This document shows, piece by piece, positions 12,901 through 24,279 of a stretch of 64,000 nt of DNA. The notes beneath the pieces are model-generated. The model saw only the letters and a program-made list of their open reading frames with translations. It had not been told where the DNA came from and ran no database searches. Each line of letters starts with the position of its first letter. Positions within the stretch are counted from its first letter, which is position 1. The stretch covers positions 7,332,422 to 7,396,421 of the forward strand of contig NC_092678.1 of NCBI RefSeq assembly GCF_964355755.1, given 5' to 3'. The translations under genes were made by a program, and so were the position numbers. Origin of the DNA: Antedon mediterranea. Its lineage: Eukaryota; Animalia; Echinodermata.

Positions 12901-15900
12901 TCCTGGAAGTAGTTATCCAGGGTTTAGCTATCCAGGGTGTAGCTATCCCGGTTTTGATTGTCCAGGGTGATGTTGTTAGGGTGTAGCTCCTGTATTATGG
13001 TGTAGCTATCCAGGGTGTAGCTATCCAGGGTGTAGCTATCCCGTTTGCCGCATACCGTTTGTAGTTGTCCATGGTGATGTTGTAGGGCGTAGCTCCTGTA
13101 TTATGGTGTAGCTATCCTGGAGGTAGTTATCCAGGGTGTAGCTATCCAGGGTGTACAGTAGCTATCCCGGTTGTAGTTGTCCATGGTGATGTTGTAGGGC
13201 GTAGCTCCTGTATTATGGTGTAGATCCTGGAGGTAGTTATTCAGGGTGTAGCTATCCCGGTTGTAGTTGTCCAGGGTGATGTTGTTAGGGTGTAGGTCCT
13301 GTATTAGGTTGTAGCTATCCAGGGTGTAGCTATCCTGGAAGTAGTTACCCAGGGTAACTATCCAGGGTATCGCTATCCAGAGTGTAGTTATCTATGTTGT
13401 ATCTACCCAATCCAGAGTATCGCTAAAATAATTATGGTTTTAACTGTTTTATAGTTGTGTTATCAAAGGTAGAGATTGTGGACATTGACCATCCGATACT
13501 GAACAACCTTCAACTTTCTGATGGAAATACAGTTGAATTTGCGCTTCAATTTGACACAAAGGGTACGGAAATAATCTTTTACAATTTCGCTCAAATATTG
13601 AAAAACTATTTGTTTTGTTTATTTGTTCATAAATATCCTGAAATCTTGACAAAAACCGAAAAATCCACTAAACAACTTTAAGCTAAACATTTCTTTTTAG
13701 ATTTTGGCATTGTGGCATCACGTATAATATATATATTTTTTTTTTTGGTTCTTTCTATATTATTGATATGGTTATCGCTTTTTTTGTATCTCCATTGAGA
13801 TCCAGCCACTAATACCCACAGAATTGTCATTTTTTCAGTAATTTGCCTTTGGATTTATATATATATATGGTGATATACTTACTGTTGAATTATTGGCATT
13901 TTGCGTATTCAATCGGAAACTTTTGTGATGTTTTTTCGATTTTGATTCATAATAATTTGAAATAAACTACAATAAAAAAAAGATCTGAACACAAACTTGC
14001 AATCGAATTCACCAAAATGATATTTTGTTTTTAGGTGAAGTCCTGGTTGTTGCCACTCTCAGCAATCTCACAGAAGCTAAAGCAGGCCAAGAAGTGGAAA
14101 AGGGGACTGTCGACTTAGAAGTGTAAGTTAAATACGTTTTACTACTAATAGCGTACACCACTGGTTACTATTTGAAAACTCCAACAATATTTAAATTGTT
14201 AAAAACAAACATGCATAATCAGCCATCAGTTTAAATCATCTAGACTTGTAACTATTTAGAACATAAAAACTATTTAGTGAAAAGGATATTTTGTTCTGGG
14301 ACGAGAAACATTACATTTGAATAGTAAATAATTAGAAACGTTAGGCCTACTACTTATTATTTCAATAATTATTATTGAGAAATTCCAAGGATATTACAAC
14401 ACCTGGTTATGGGATGAGAAGCCATCTGTAACTTTAAAAACACGCCCACTCCTCTTTCTGTACCACCAATCAAACGCGTCAGTGTTTCTACCCACGCTGA
14501 TTGAGCGGTCGAAAATCTGCAAACGCAACCAAAAATTGTTCTCGGTTGTTTTAAATGTCAGAGACATCTTGTTTGTTACTGATTATCTTTAACGCAAAAG
14601 CTCATTAAACTTGGTTCCCATTAGCGCCGCAACATAACGTAACCTACACAACGTAAGAAAATGCCCTTCCAATAATTGTGTTTGCCCCCGCCTACGTGAA
14701 ATAAAACCTGCGATTTTTGGAGCACTGTTGCGTCGTCAGTTCCCACTTGTGATTACGCAATACATAACTTTGCGTCAATACGTCACTGCGTTGCGTTCTA
14801 TAAGTGAGAACCACGCTTTATTAACAGAATTTGAGAATTATTGTTTATACAGGGATGTTGACTTTCAGTACTTATCAAGTACATTTTCATGTAGTGTTTA
14901 CAATATCTCAAACAATTTTTCAAACATGAATGCCGAATTGAACTTTACCATCTCTGACAAATCCGTGAGTAACTTTATTATTTATTTTATTCAACTTAGC
15001 CTAAATTTTTTATTTAAATAAACAAATTCAGCCTAAAAGGTGTTTTATGTTGTAACAGTTTTCATTGGTGATAGGCCTTCAGTTTCTCCTTGTTATTTAT
15101 AATGTGCAGTGCAGTGTAAATGTAGTAGACCGATAAATCCATTGGATTGTGACCAATCGGGTGGATCCAGGATGATTATTAGATGTGAGAGCCAGTGCCT
15201 AAAAATTGTAAAAGAACGTGTTAATGACTGCTTCAATCTCATGAGTAACATTCAATTAGTATACTGTTTTCAATTTTTTTTATGCGGTTCTTCCGTTTTC
15301 CACCCAGTCGGCGTTTAGCGCCGCATTGGCCCTGTTTTTCAGTAGTTTCAAAACTCTAATACTTGAAATGACAAGTCTGATTTCTTCCGAACTCGGTCCT
15401 TCTCATGTATTGGGCGTTCGTCTTTTCTTCTACTCTACCACACGCTATTAACTTTGCTGCTGCTGCTGTTGCTTTTGTTTTTAATATAATTTAATTCAAT
15501 TAATTTTAGTTGTTTGTGTATTGTACAATAATAAATGGCGTTGGTGACCTGATTTGTATTTTGTCAAGTATTATTATAGTGACTTAACTGTACAGGTTCA
15601 TGATTCGTAGGCTAGGCAGGCTTGTATTGATGATTTAGGATTTTCTTTTTAACGTTTCAATTACAAAATTTACATTTACAAACTATAAGTAATTGATATT
15701 CTTAACTCGCCTACTCTACGGTTTATTTATTTGCACTTCAAAACACGATTGAAATGGCATACTTTTTTCTTTTTCAGTGTAGACCAGCAGATTTCTTTTC
15801 AGACGTTTGCTTCCTTCGTTTTGTTTTGTTTCTTTCGTTCCTTAAAATTCAAGGAGTGCTGAAATGTTAGGGTTAAAGGTCAAAAATTCATCTGACTTGC

Positions 15901-18900
15901 TTTTTGTTCTATTGAACATAGTATTTCTAGTTATTTTGGGGTTTTTTTTTTTTTTTTTTTTTTTCTTTCTGCAAAATAATAGGGAGATACTGTATATTTA
16001 TCTTATATTATATATTATATTTGATAGCTAACAACCTTAACAGAAATTAAAGAACTGACGTCAGAGCCAATTTGTCTTTTCTTCAATGAAACAAAAAGGT
16101 AACATGTCTTATATTTTAACAAATGGAGAACATTGGATAATATTATAATAAGTTAATACAGTAGGATCCCGAATTGGGATTCCTTGAGCTTTTCGAGAGC
16201 AAGAAGTAATTATTATTATGTCAACCAAAAAACTCTTAAATGTATAAAAATAATGAATGTTTATGAATGGAAGATGGAATTTATATTTCACCGAATAAAA
16301 GTATTTGTACCATTCCACAAATATAAAAACATTCTTTAATAATTATATAACATCTAAGTAGATTCGTGTCAGTTCATTCAGTCAGATAATCTCACTAAAA
16401 AACATGGAAGATTTCGTTGGTGGCCGTGTATGCTTGGTAATGTAATGCTAAAGCTTGGTTTCCCACTACAGACGCAACGCAAGTGATTTGACCAATCACA
16501 AGCGATGGATTATTCAAACAGTGGCTTGTCATTGGTCAATTCGCTTGCATTGCGCACGTCTTTGCGTTGCGTCCTAGTAGGAACCCGCTTATGAGGGATG
16601 TAAGCGCAGCGTAAAAGTGATCAGACCAACACTTGGATGAATAATTCTAACTGTTTCTCGTCATTGGAACTTTATGCGTATTCACGTGCTTGCGTTGCCT
16701 CTCAATAGCAACCAAGCCATGGATGCCATTAATAACACTGTTCAAACTATTTTATTTTTAAAGAGTGTGGAGTGACAATGGTATTAGTACTCATCGTTCA
16801 GATGTATCACATGATCATGTATCTTGTTACTCTAAGCATTTAACCAGCTTCACTGTGATGATGAAAGTTACTAATACGGACACGGCGCATGACGTAGGTT
16901 TTTATCCAGTCAGCTTATGCTGTTTTACAAACTAACCTTTTTTTATTTTATTCCACCAAAAATTAACGCGACATTTGATAAATTCGCCAGCTGGTTTATC
17001 GTGTCCAGCTTATCTTCCCATCCGTTAGCTTGTTCGTGAGTTTATGATCGAATCGAGAAGGGGGCTAAATTTCAAATTTCTCCGATCGAGCTGATCAATA
17101 GTATAATTCATGGAGTGCTGAAAGCGCAGGGTCAAGGGTCAGACAATTCATATGACTGGTTTATGTTCTATTGAACATAGTGTCTCTAGTTAGTATTTAC
17201 AATTCTTATTAAAATCTTAAAGCTTAGATTTATTGGAAATCTTAGACATAGGCCTACTCTTCTTTTACGAGAAGTTGATTCATCACTGTTTTTTAAAGCA
17301 AAGCAGAAAACGATATTAAATATCGTGTCATACGGTTCCTACATACTTGTGACCCGAAATTACTTATGTTCTTACGGCACTTTGCGTCGATACCTTGCGT
17401 CTACGTCTTTCCATAGTTGCGTCCTCCTAGTGGGAACCCAAGTTTTAGGTCGCATGAAATAGTAAAACCTTGACTAAACTAAATTTTAAAAACTTACTGT
17501 AGCTTCCTGACGCAAAAACATAAATACCAGCAATTATCATCTTGTTACTTTTTACCATTTTTTACTTAGGCACCAGGTGGCCACAAATTATCAATGTTGT
17601 CAAACGTTTGTGTTTCTCTCTCGCTCATTGCCTTGTGCGTCACGCTTGGTGTTTACTGTTCATTTCGGTAAGTAATTGCTTATATTTCATGATTATTATT
17701 CAAATATGATAGTTTTACCTAATAATGTTCTGTTATTAATACCTGATAATGCAGTGCAAAAAGAATGATTGCACTATGCACATCATGAAAATACAGTACT
17801 ATGTGTGTGATTGGCAGTTGCAGACAAAACGACAAATTAAAATTCTCATCTCATCATCTTCAATTACGCGGCAAAAAATTCCGATGATTACTGTAACTGC
17901 TAATATTTTAGCATATAGTGTCACCTTTTCTTTTATTACAAAGAAAAAGTGCACAACTCCTTAAATTGTTTAAAATGATCAGCCACTTCCATCGCGTGGA
18001 TCTAATGTCTGTTTTTCAGTGGTTAATTTCGATGCAATGGAATCAATTGTTTAATTAAAGAAATATATATATTTTAAGTATATTTTGCTTAAAGATGTAT
18101 TGACTCCTGAAAAAAATAATTCTTACATTTTTTTAAAATGCCATTTTAATGTCATATTTTTATATCACTTTGACCAAAAATTCGATTGAAAAAAAATGTA
18201 TTTACCTAAATTTAAAGATTTAAAGCAAAAAATAGTCAAAAGTAACTTTAAGGCATTGCTGTAGTTTACGTTCTATTATTTTTTGACTGATTGGGCCACC
18301 CTGGTTAAATATTGTGAATAAATAAATAAAAATTAATAAAAATAACTTTATTAAAACTACAAAATATAATATTCAAAGTGTTTTTTTTTTTGCTTTAAAT
18401 TACAATTTTAATGTCGTAAGATAGTTTCCCGATTAATCGTACGATCAAACGGTACTGGGTATGATCAACTAGCGTTCGTGTTCCCACCTAATCATCCATT
18501 CATAGAAGTACTGATGAAGATATCAATCTGTGGCGACAATAGAATGGACCCCAGACCTGGCTATCTTCGACTTTTAAATAATAGAAAGTTTAGAAATTTT
18601 TTTGTTAGACTAGAAATGTACGTTGTATGTATATAGAAAAATGGTTGTAGTTTTAAAAATTATGTTGTATAAGTTTTCAAAATTACGTTATATAAGTTGC
18701 GATGTGAAAAACTGTTATTTGATCGTTAGTTGTCGTGTACATAAAGCAAAAACATAAATATAATAAAATAAAATAAAAATCGTTTGTAAAACTTTAAAAA
18801 AAAAAAAAAAAGAGTAAAGATATAAGGAAGAAAAGCAAAGCAATTTTTCAGGTAAATACATTTTTTCTATCTAATTTTTGGATAACTAAGTGGATAACAA

Positions 18901-21900
18901 TTAATATGACATTAAAATGGCATATTCAAAATAAATTATTTTTTCAGGGTGACAATGCATCTTTAACTGAATTGAATCATTTATACAATATTTAGGGAAT
19001 TATGGGACTCTCTGCGGAATAACATTCACAAGAACTTAGTTGGTAACATGATCATGATGCAATCGCTATTTTTGTTTGGAATTGATCGGACAGGTCAGAG
19101 GGTAAATGAAAGATTTATTATAGCATAATTGCTAAAGTTGAAGAAATGTAGCTTGTGTTCTTTCTGGATAATTTACATACTGTGTAGTAAAAGGGGTACT
19201 TAGGAATCAAAACTTCGCAGTTTGTGGGTAGGCATATATGTTTCCTTTAAAGCACACATTTTTTAACTGAGCATTATAGTATAATTATAACAGGAAGTTC
19301 TATCAGTTATTTATTGGTTGCATGCGTGAATATTCTTTTCCTACAAATACATTCGATATGATAGGCACTCATTTTGGTGATTTAAGGCGCAAACTGGTTG
19401 AACTGAGCTTTATAGTATGAGACAATTCTTTCTAGATTGCTTGCAAGATAATCAAATGGTTGCTGCATCTTACTTCACTCAACACCTTCACTTGGATGTG
19501 TGCTGAAGCTGTCTATCTGATGTTCAAAGTTGCATCTGTAGTTCAAAGCAAACACAACCGACTGAGGAATTTCCTGGCAATGTGCTATGGTATCCCACTT
19601 GTCATTGTGATCGTTTCTTCAGCTGCATTTTCATCGAACTACATCTCTGAGGATGACTTGTAAGTCAGTCTTCATCGTTTAAATATCATACTCGAACCTG
19701 GTATATAGTATCCGTACATGAAAATTACAGTTTGGAGAGTAGCAGCTGGTCTTTCTTATAACAGTAACATATTGTAGATGGTTCCCATCTCAATGCAAAT
19801 AAAACAATAGAGTACAATGCAAAATATACATAAACCCCAAATTCAACAGTTTTCTCATAATTCATAAATATGTGTTTTTACTAAGTTACTGAAGAAAGAA
19901 TGACCATGAAATAACATTTTTAAATAATAAAAACAGAATAGCATAACTCTTTTTAATTTTTATTTCACAGATGTTGGCTAAGTCAAAATGATGGGATGAT
20001 ATGGGCATTTGTAGCGCCAGCTGTTTGCATCGCTCTGGTAAGATGCTTTATTTTACCATCATCTCCACAAAGAAAGACAAAATTACTCTCTCTCCCTATT
20101 TTTCTCTCTCTCTCTCTAAACTAGAAATGCCCAACAGTCCAAACATTCCCGACTGCGTAGAATAGTGCGGGCAACATTTAAAGCTAGGTGAAAAAGCTTT
20201 CAATGTACACACACTCAGTTTAAGGCATCCGACTAAGACGGTAAACAAGCTTCTGAAGAAAAGTATAACATAACGATAATCAGCTAAATGTGTTCGTACT
20301 TTTATAAACGCATCTGGCTTGTTAGAATAGCATAACGTAGAGTGGTCTCACAATGAACCCTATAGTAAACCTACTCGTTGTATTTATGCATTACGTCATT
20401 ATATTGATTAATTATTCATGCTTAACGATGTGTAACTAGCGCCATCATATACGCCTCTCCTTCACGAATAGATGATTTCTTTACAATCGGTGCTTTACTA
20501 ATTAATAAGAATATATAAAATAATGGAAATAATAATGTAGGCCTACTATTTGTTAAAATTGCACTCACAATCCTTTGATACACATGAATTGGACTGCCAG
20601 CAATCCTATGATATTTCCCATCTACATTCGTGTTTAGATACCCTTAATGGAAATGGATACGATTCTCTACTGTACACTTTAATCTTGATCATGTTATGTT
20701 TTCTAAAGGTCAACACTGCTATAATGTGTAGAGTGGCAAAAACAATCTATAAACGAGCTGGGAATTTGGTCCATAAGTCACCTCGACAAAAAATAAAGTT
20801 TACACAGATAAGGTAATGTAAAATGCCTCCATGTCCTTTTGTTACAACCACCAATTACGCACAAGCCAAGTGCTTTATAATAAACATAATTTGTCCATTG
20901 GCACCATGATTATCTATGCGGTGCATGATCTGCGGTTGTGGGCCATGAGGGCCCCTCAAAATCAGCTTCCGCTGGCTGGGTCGCTCTCTTGAAATATTGT
21001 TGAATAAATAAACAATAAATGTGCAGTACTGCTATTATGTCGTCTGATTACATATTAGCTGACATCATATTCAAGTTAAACCCGTGACCAAATAAGTGAG
21101 TAAAGACGATGGTGATTTAAGCAGGGAAGAGTTAAATTACATAATTTAACTCTTCCCTGATTTAAGGTAATCGAACCCTTGTATATAATAAAGACGGCGG
21201 TGAGTATATTGAGGGGTTGTGTAACTGCGACACCGGTTGGGTTCTTTCTGTGTGAACTACACCTCTCCAATGCTCGACGCATATAGCTACTCATAATTTA
21301 TATTTCTTTAAAAAAAATAATAAAATATTACACTTTAGAAAAGCTGCAAAAGGAACCGGAATGCTGTTACCACTGATGGGGACCACGTGGCTGATTGGTC
21401 CGTTTGCTATAGGTCCTGGTACTGTATTTCTTGAATACATATTTGTGTTGCTGAACGGTTGTCAGGGCATCTTCATATTCTTCATCTATTGCGCATTTGA
21501 TGATGAGGTAATCACATAAGCTGGAAGAGTTTATTCATCACACTTTAGAAAGTTCATTTGTTTGATCAACTCTTTGCATCAACTACGACCTACTTTTCCT
21601 TCCAACACATTTCGTTAGATGTTCACATGTGCTATTGTCGACCTCTTCATTCTTTGCACTTAAGTTGAGCATCAACTACGACTTACTTTTCCTTCCAACA
21701 CATTTTGTTAGATGTTCGCATGTGCCGCATTGTCGACCTCTTCATTCTTTGCACTGAAGTTGAGCATCAACTACGACCTACTTTTCCTTCCAACACATAT
21801 CGTTAGATGTTCACCTGTGCCGCATTGTCGACCTCTTCATTCTTTGCACTTAAGTTGAGCATCAACTACGACTTACTTTTCCTTCCAACACATTTTGTTA

Positions 21901-23021
21901 GATGTTCGCATGTGCCGCATTGTCGACCTCTTCATTCTTTGCACTGAAGTTGAGCATCAACTACGACCTACTTTTCCTTCCAACACATATCGTTAGATGT
22001 TCACCTGTGCCGCATTGTCGACCTCTTCATTCTTTGGACTGAAGTTGCGCATCAACTACGAACTACCTTCCTTCCAACACATTTCGTTAGATGTTCGCAT
22101 GTGCCACATTGTCGACGACCTTTTCATTCTTTGCACTGACATTGAGCATCGAATTCGGCCTACTTTATATATTTTCTAACTCAATGAATCAATATGTTCA
22201 CACTATCGTTTGTTGAAATCTGCAGTATAATGGCGCATAACTGCTATTCATACTCTGCACATCAATTTAACCTCTCGTCAGGGTGTCCAGAAAACTCAGA
22301 TCTGCATGCATTATTAATACTGTTATAAGTTAGGGGTTTGCATAATTTTGTTAATGTTTTGACCCTTTAACTATTAAATGTAATATATTGTCTCAATAGT
22401 ATTTAATAGCATGGTAATTACTTGGATCCTTGCTGTGGGTATATTGGTGTCAAATATTGATATTTTTTACGTATGTACTTCATTCGTAAAATACTGCAAC
22501 TATCTTAATTAATACTAATATTTATTTGATCATAAAATATATACTCTAAAAGTAATAGTATCTCAAATAACCTCTCCTCTGATTAATAATGGAACAATAG
22601 AATAGTGATGATTTGAGTTTTCTCAGAGCAGAATGATCTTGAAAGATCTAGAAAACTCAGATAATATTATCTGAGTTTTCGTCACGCTTCATTGGTTGTC
22701 AGATCCGAAAGTTCATTGTTTGACTACGAAACATCGGCCTAATTTTTTCTTATTAAACAGTGTGAGGCAAATCAATGATTATAAACTGTGTGTGTGGTAA
22801 AAATGTAATTACTGCAGTTACTGTAGTAAAATCATTTTGACATGGTTCATTACACAAATAATTTTAGTGATATTACCGAGAAACGGTATCTGCATATCAA
22901 TTATTTCTCCATAATGATACTAGTGACAAATTTTTCTTTCCAGATAAAGAAGTGTTTTGAAAAATGTTTTAAACGAAATCGGGTCACCGCAATCACTACA
23001 GTGACTCAACCTGGACGTTAG
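929..23021 (+). CDS. Adhesion GPCR (GAIN/GPS + secretin-like 7TM), multi-exon, 5' end not resolved
   Basis: Phase-consistent exons: 929-964 (tentative), 2682-~2814/2873 (donor ambiguous), 3615-3703 (GC donor), 4306-4359, 5430-5520, 13455-13562, 14035-14122, 14853-14964, 16028-16098, 16764-16893, 17570-17667, 18996-19101, 19436-19659, 19971-20037, 20709-20812, 21339-21507, 22944-23021 (TAG). GPS motif PICLFFNETKRVWSDNG...VSCYSKHL/TSFTVMM; TM2 NNIHKNL; TM3 FTWMCAEAVYL; TM4 YGIPLVIV; ECL2 CWLS; TM6 LLPLMGTTW; TM7 LNGCQGIFIFFIYC. The 7TM exons are solid; N-terminal exons are less certain. Confidence 0.9.
1300..1970. mobile_element. Palindromic non-autonomous element (Crypton-like architecture)
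   Basis: Near-perfect ~165-bp palindrome 1300-1463 centred on CGAGGCAAAGCCGTG, followed by a segment bounded by imperfect inverted repeats TATAATATCTAAATAGATTTCTG and CAGGAATTTATTTAGGTGTTATA. Family assignment is inference. Confidence 0.6.
3711..3856. mobile_element. Small hairpin/MITE-like element
   Basis: Perfect 36-bp inverted repeat ATAAATAAATCATTTTGCTTGACAAATCCAAAAGAA at 3711-3746 and 3821-3856. Confidence 0.7.
5062..5341 (-). mobile_element. tRNA-derived SINE with Nin/Deu-like central domain
   Basis: Minus strand: A-box-like TGGCCGAGCGGTTAAGGC head, central CTCGGATAAGGACTATAAACCGTAGGTCC...GCACTTTAAAGAACCC...GAAGAGTAAGGGGATACCCCGG, and (ATTTC)n tail. Confidence 0.75.
5575..5720 (+). 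repeat. Left part of the 15-bp-based GGGTGTAGCTATCCA satellite
   Basis: Same units as 9872-13420; separated from them by the transposon at 5721-9871. Confidence 0.9.
6072..9411. mobile_element. Tc1/mariner-pogo (Tc2-like) non-autonomous element, TA TSD
   Basis: TA-CCGTATATTTCGGTGTACAAGTCGCAC at left; right TIR GTGCGTCTTATACACCGAAATA (7148-7169) completed by TACGG-TA at 9407-9413 after the nested insertion. Confidence 0.85.
7170..9401. mobile_element. Second CAGG.CCGTAGCCAG-family transposon nested in the right TIR of the Tc2-like element
   Basis: TIRs CAGGGCCGTAGCCAG and CTGGCTACGGGCCTG; AAATA duplicated on both sides; subterminal GGGGGGTTCGC repeats shared with the 5721-9871 element. Confidence 0.85.
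9872..13420 (+). repeat. Complex satellite of 15-bp GGGTGTAGCTATCCA-type monomers
   Basis: About 3.5 kb of variants (GTAGCTATCCAGGGT, GTAGTTGTCCAGGGT, GATGTTGTTAGGGT, CCTGTATTAGG) recurring as ~100-bp cassettes, inside an aGPCR intron. Confidence 0.97.
14608..14820. mobile_element. MITE, probably PIF/Harbinger-type; related copies at 16452-16590 and 35324-35430
   Basis: Imperfect TIRs CTTGGTTCCCA...CGCAAC and TTGCGTT...GAGAACCACGCT flanked by TAA/TTA. Confidence 0.6.
18093..18962. mobile_element. TTAA-flanked non-autonomous DNA transposon (Kolobok-like) with internal insertions
   Basis: TTAA-AGATGTATTGACTCCTGAAAAAA ... TTTTCAGGGTGACAATGCATCT-TTAA with long imperfect subterminal inverted repeats; fragments of the same family near 1000-1260, 34260-34298 and 39790-39825. 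Confidence 0.75.
21576..22150 (+). repeat. Minisatellite, ~95-bp unit, about 6 copies
   Basis: GCATCAACTACGACCTACTTTTCCTTCCAACACAT...TTGTCGACCTCTTCATTCTTTGCACT; ACCTCTTCAT recurs at 21641, 21831, 22021 with alternating variants (190-bp dimer). Confidence 0.93.
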
Positions 23022-24144
23022 TAGCTTACGTAGAGCAACTGATCCAGATAACTTGCTATATTGATAAAGGAAAACCATTTTCATATTTTTTTTGCATCTA
23101 AGCAAGGCTTTCCGAAGAACTTTGAAATACACTATATGACTATTCTTTCTGTTGCTCTGTTTGGTCAGCACTGGAAATGTATTCGTATATCCTGTTGAGT
23201 GAAATGAATCTAATGTTTTTATTATAGCTTTTTATCAATTTATGGTATAGTATCGTGACAGGCTATCGATAATTCAGATTTTATTCAATGCAAAATGTAT
23301 ATTCAATGGTTCGTCATAGCATTCTTGTGCAATTGTCATTCTATTCAAAGTGGAATTTGCGAATTCTGTTGATGATCGTGCTTACAAAGTGAATAATGTT
23401 TTGAGCCTAATTTTTAAAATGACATTCTTTTGAAATTGACGTCTGTTTCGTGATGATAACGAGGCAGTATTTTTAACTCATGAAAACTGTTGTTGTGTAG
23501 TGCATTAAAGTTAATGTTTATAATGCAAGTGATTCTTATTTTGTCTGGAGAGCAATTTCACCATTAACGTCCCACTCCAAGAAAGCATTCTCACACCAAA
23601 CCCCAACCCCATAATACTAGGTCTAAGTGATGACGCTAGTTGCAATCCCATATTATGCTTGATTGGATTAATTAAATGACGTAATGCATAAACAGGGCAT
23701 TTAATACTGAGAACGATTTGTAGTCTCTCGGTGTTTATTAGTGTCGGTCCAGTAAAAAGATATGTGCGTCATAATGACAAGCTGTTGTATTTTGTAAATA
23801 CATTACGAATGAATTTAGCTTACTATTGACCGACCGACATACCACCAAACGTACTGTGTACAATAGTTTAGGCCTATATATTATTAGCCTACAAATAAAT
23901 AATACAATTGTTATATAAATTAATTTATAACACCTAATTATAAATGTATTAATCAAGATTTTTTGGAATACATTTCTTGCACAAAAAAGATAGTTTCGTT
24001 TGCGTTTCTTTAAATGTATGTAACTCCTGTATTATGCAAATTATAGACACGAAACGATTAGTTAGTCACATCACGATAGATAACGCGTTTAAAAATTAAG
24101 TTGACGCACAAAGACTATTGAGCGCAGAAAGTAGCCTACTCTCT

Positions 24145-24279
24145 ACCCTTCCGTGACGTGCCGTTCCGTGACGTGTGGGTAGCTAGGTGCTCCGCGATCG
24201 GTCTGCAACATGTGTTTAGACGGCGTATAAAAAGCAAAAACTATCGATATTTGTCCTGTGAAGAACTTGAGCTTGTAAG
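24145..24279 (+). promoter_or_regulatory. Probable MRPS33 promoter and non-coding first exon
   Basis: Locally CpG-rich; tandem TTCCGTGACGTG x2 (CRE/ATF-like); ends at donor-like CTT|GTAAGT followed by a TAGGCCTA-rich tract like the other first introns. Confidence 0.5.

Noticed and set aside
15280-15445. Possible RTE-type LINE 3' remnant on the minus strand
   Set aside because: Only a faint GRVE.K-like resemblance with stops and frameshifts; not supportable without a search.
18440-18545. Hammerhead ribozyme suggested by CTGATGA at 18511
   Set aside because: No correctly placed GAAA and stem II, and the second copy near 32920 lacks CTGATGA.
20935-21015. Retroposon 3' tail, similar to 18286-18330
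   Set aside because: Real similarity but too short to classify, and unremarkable.
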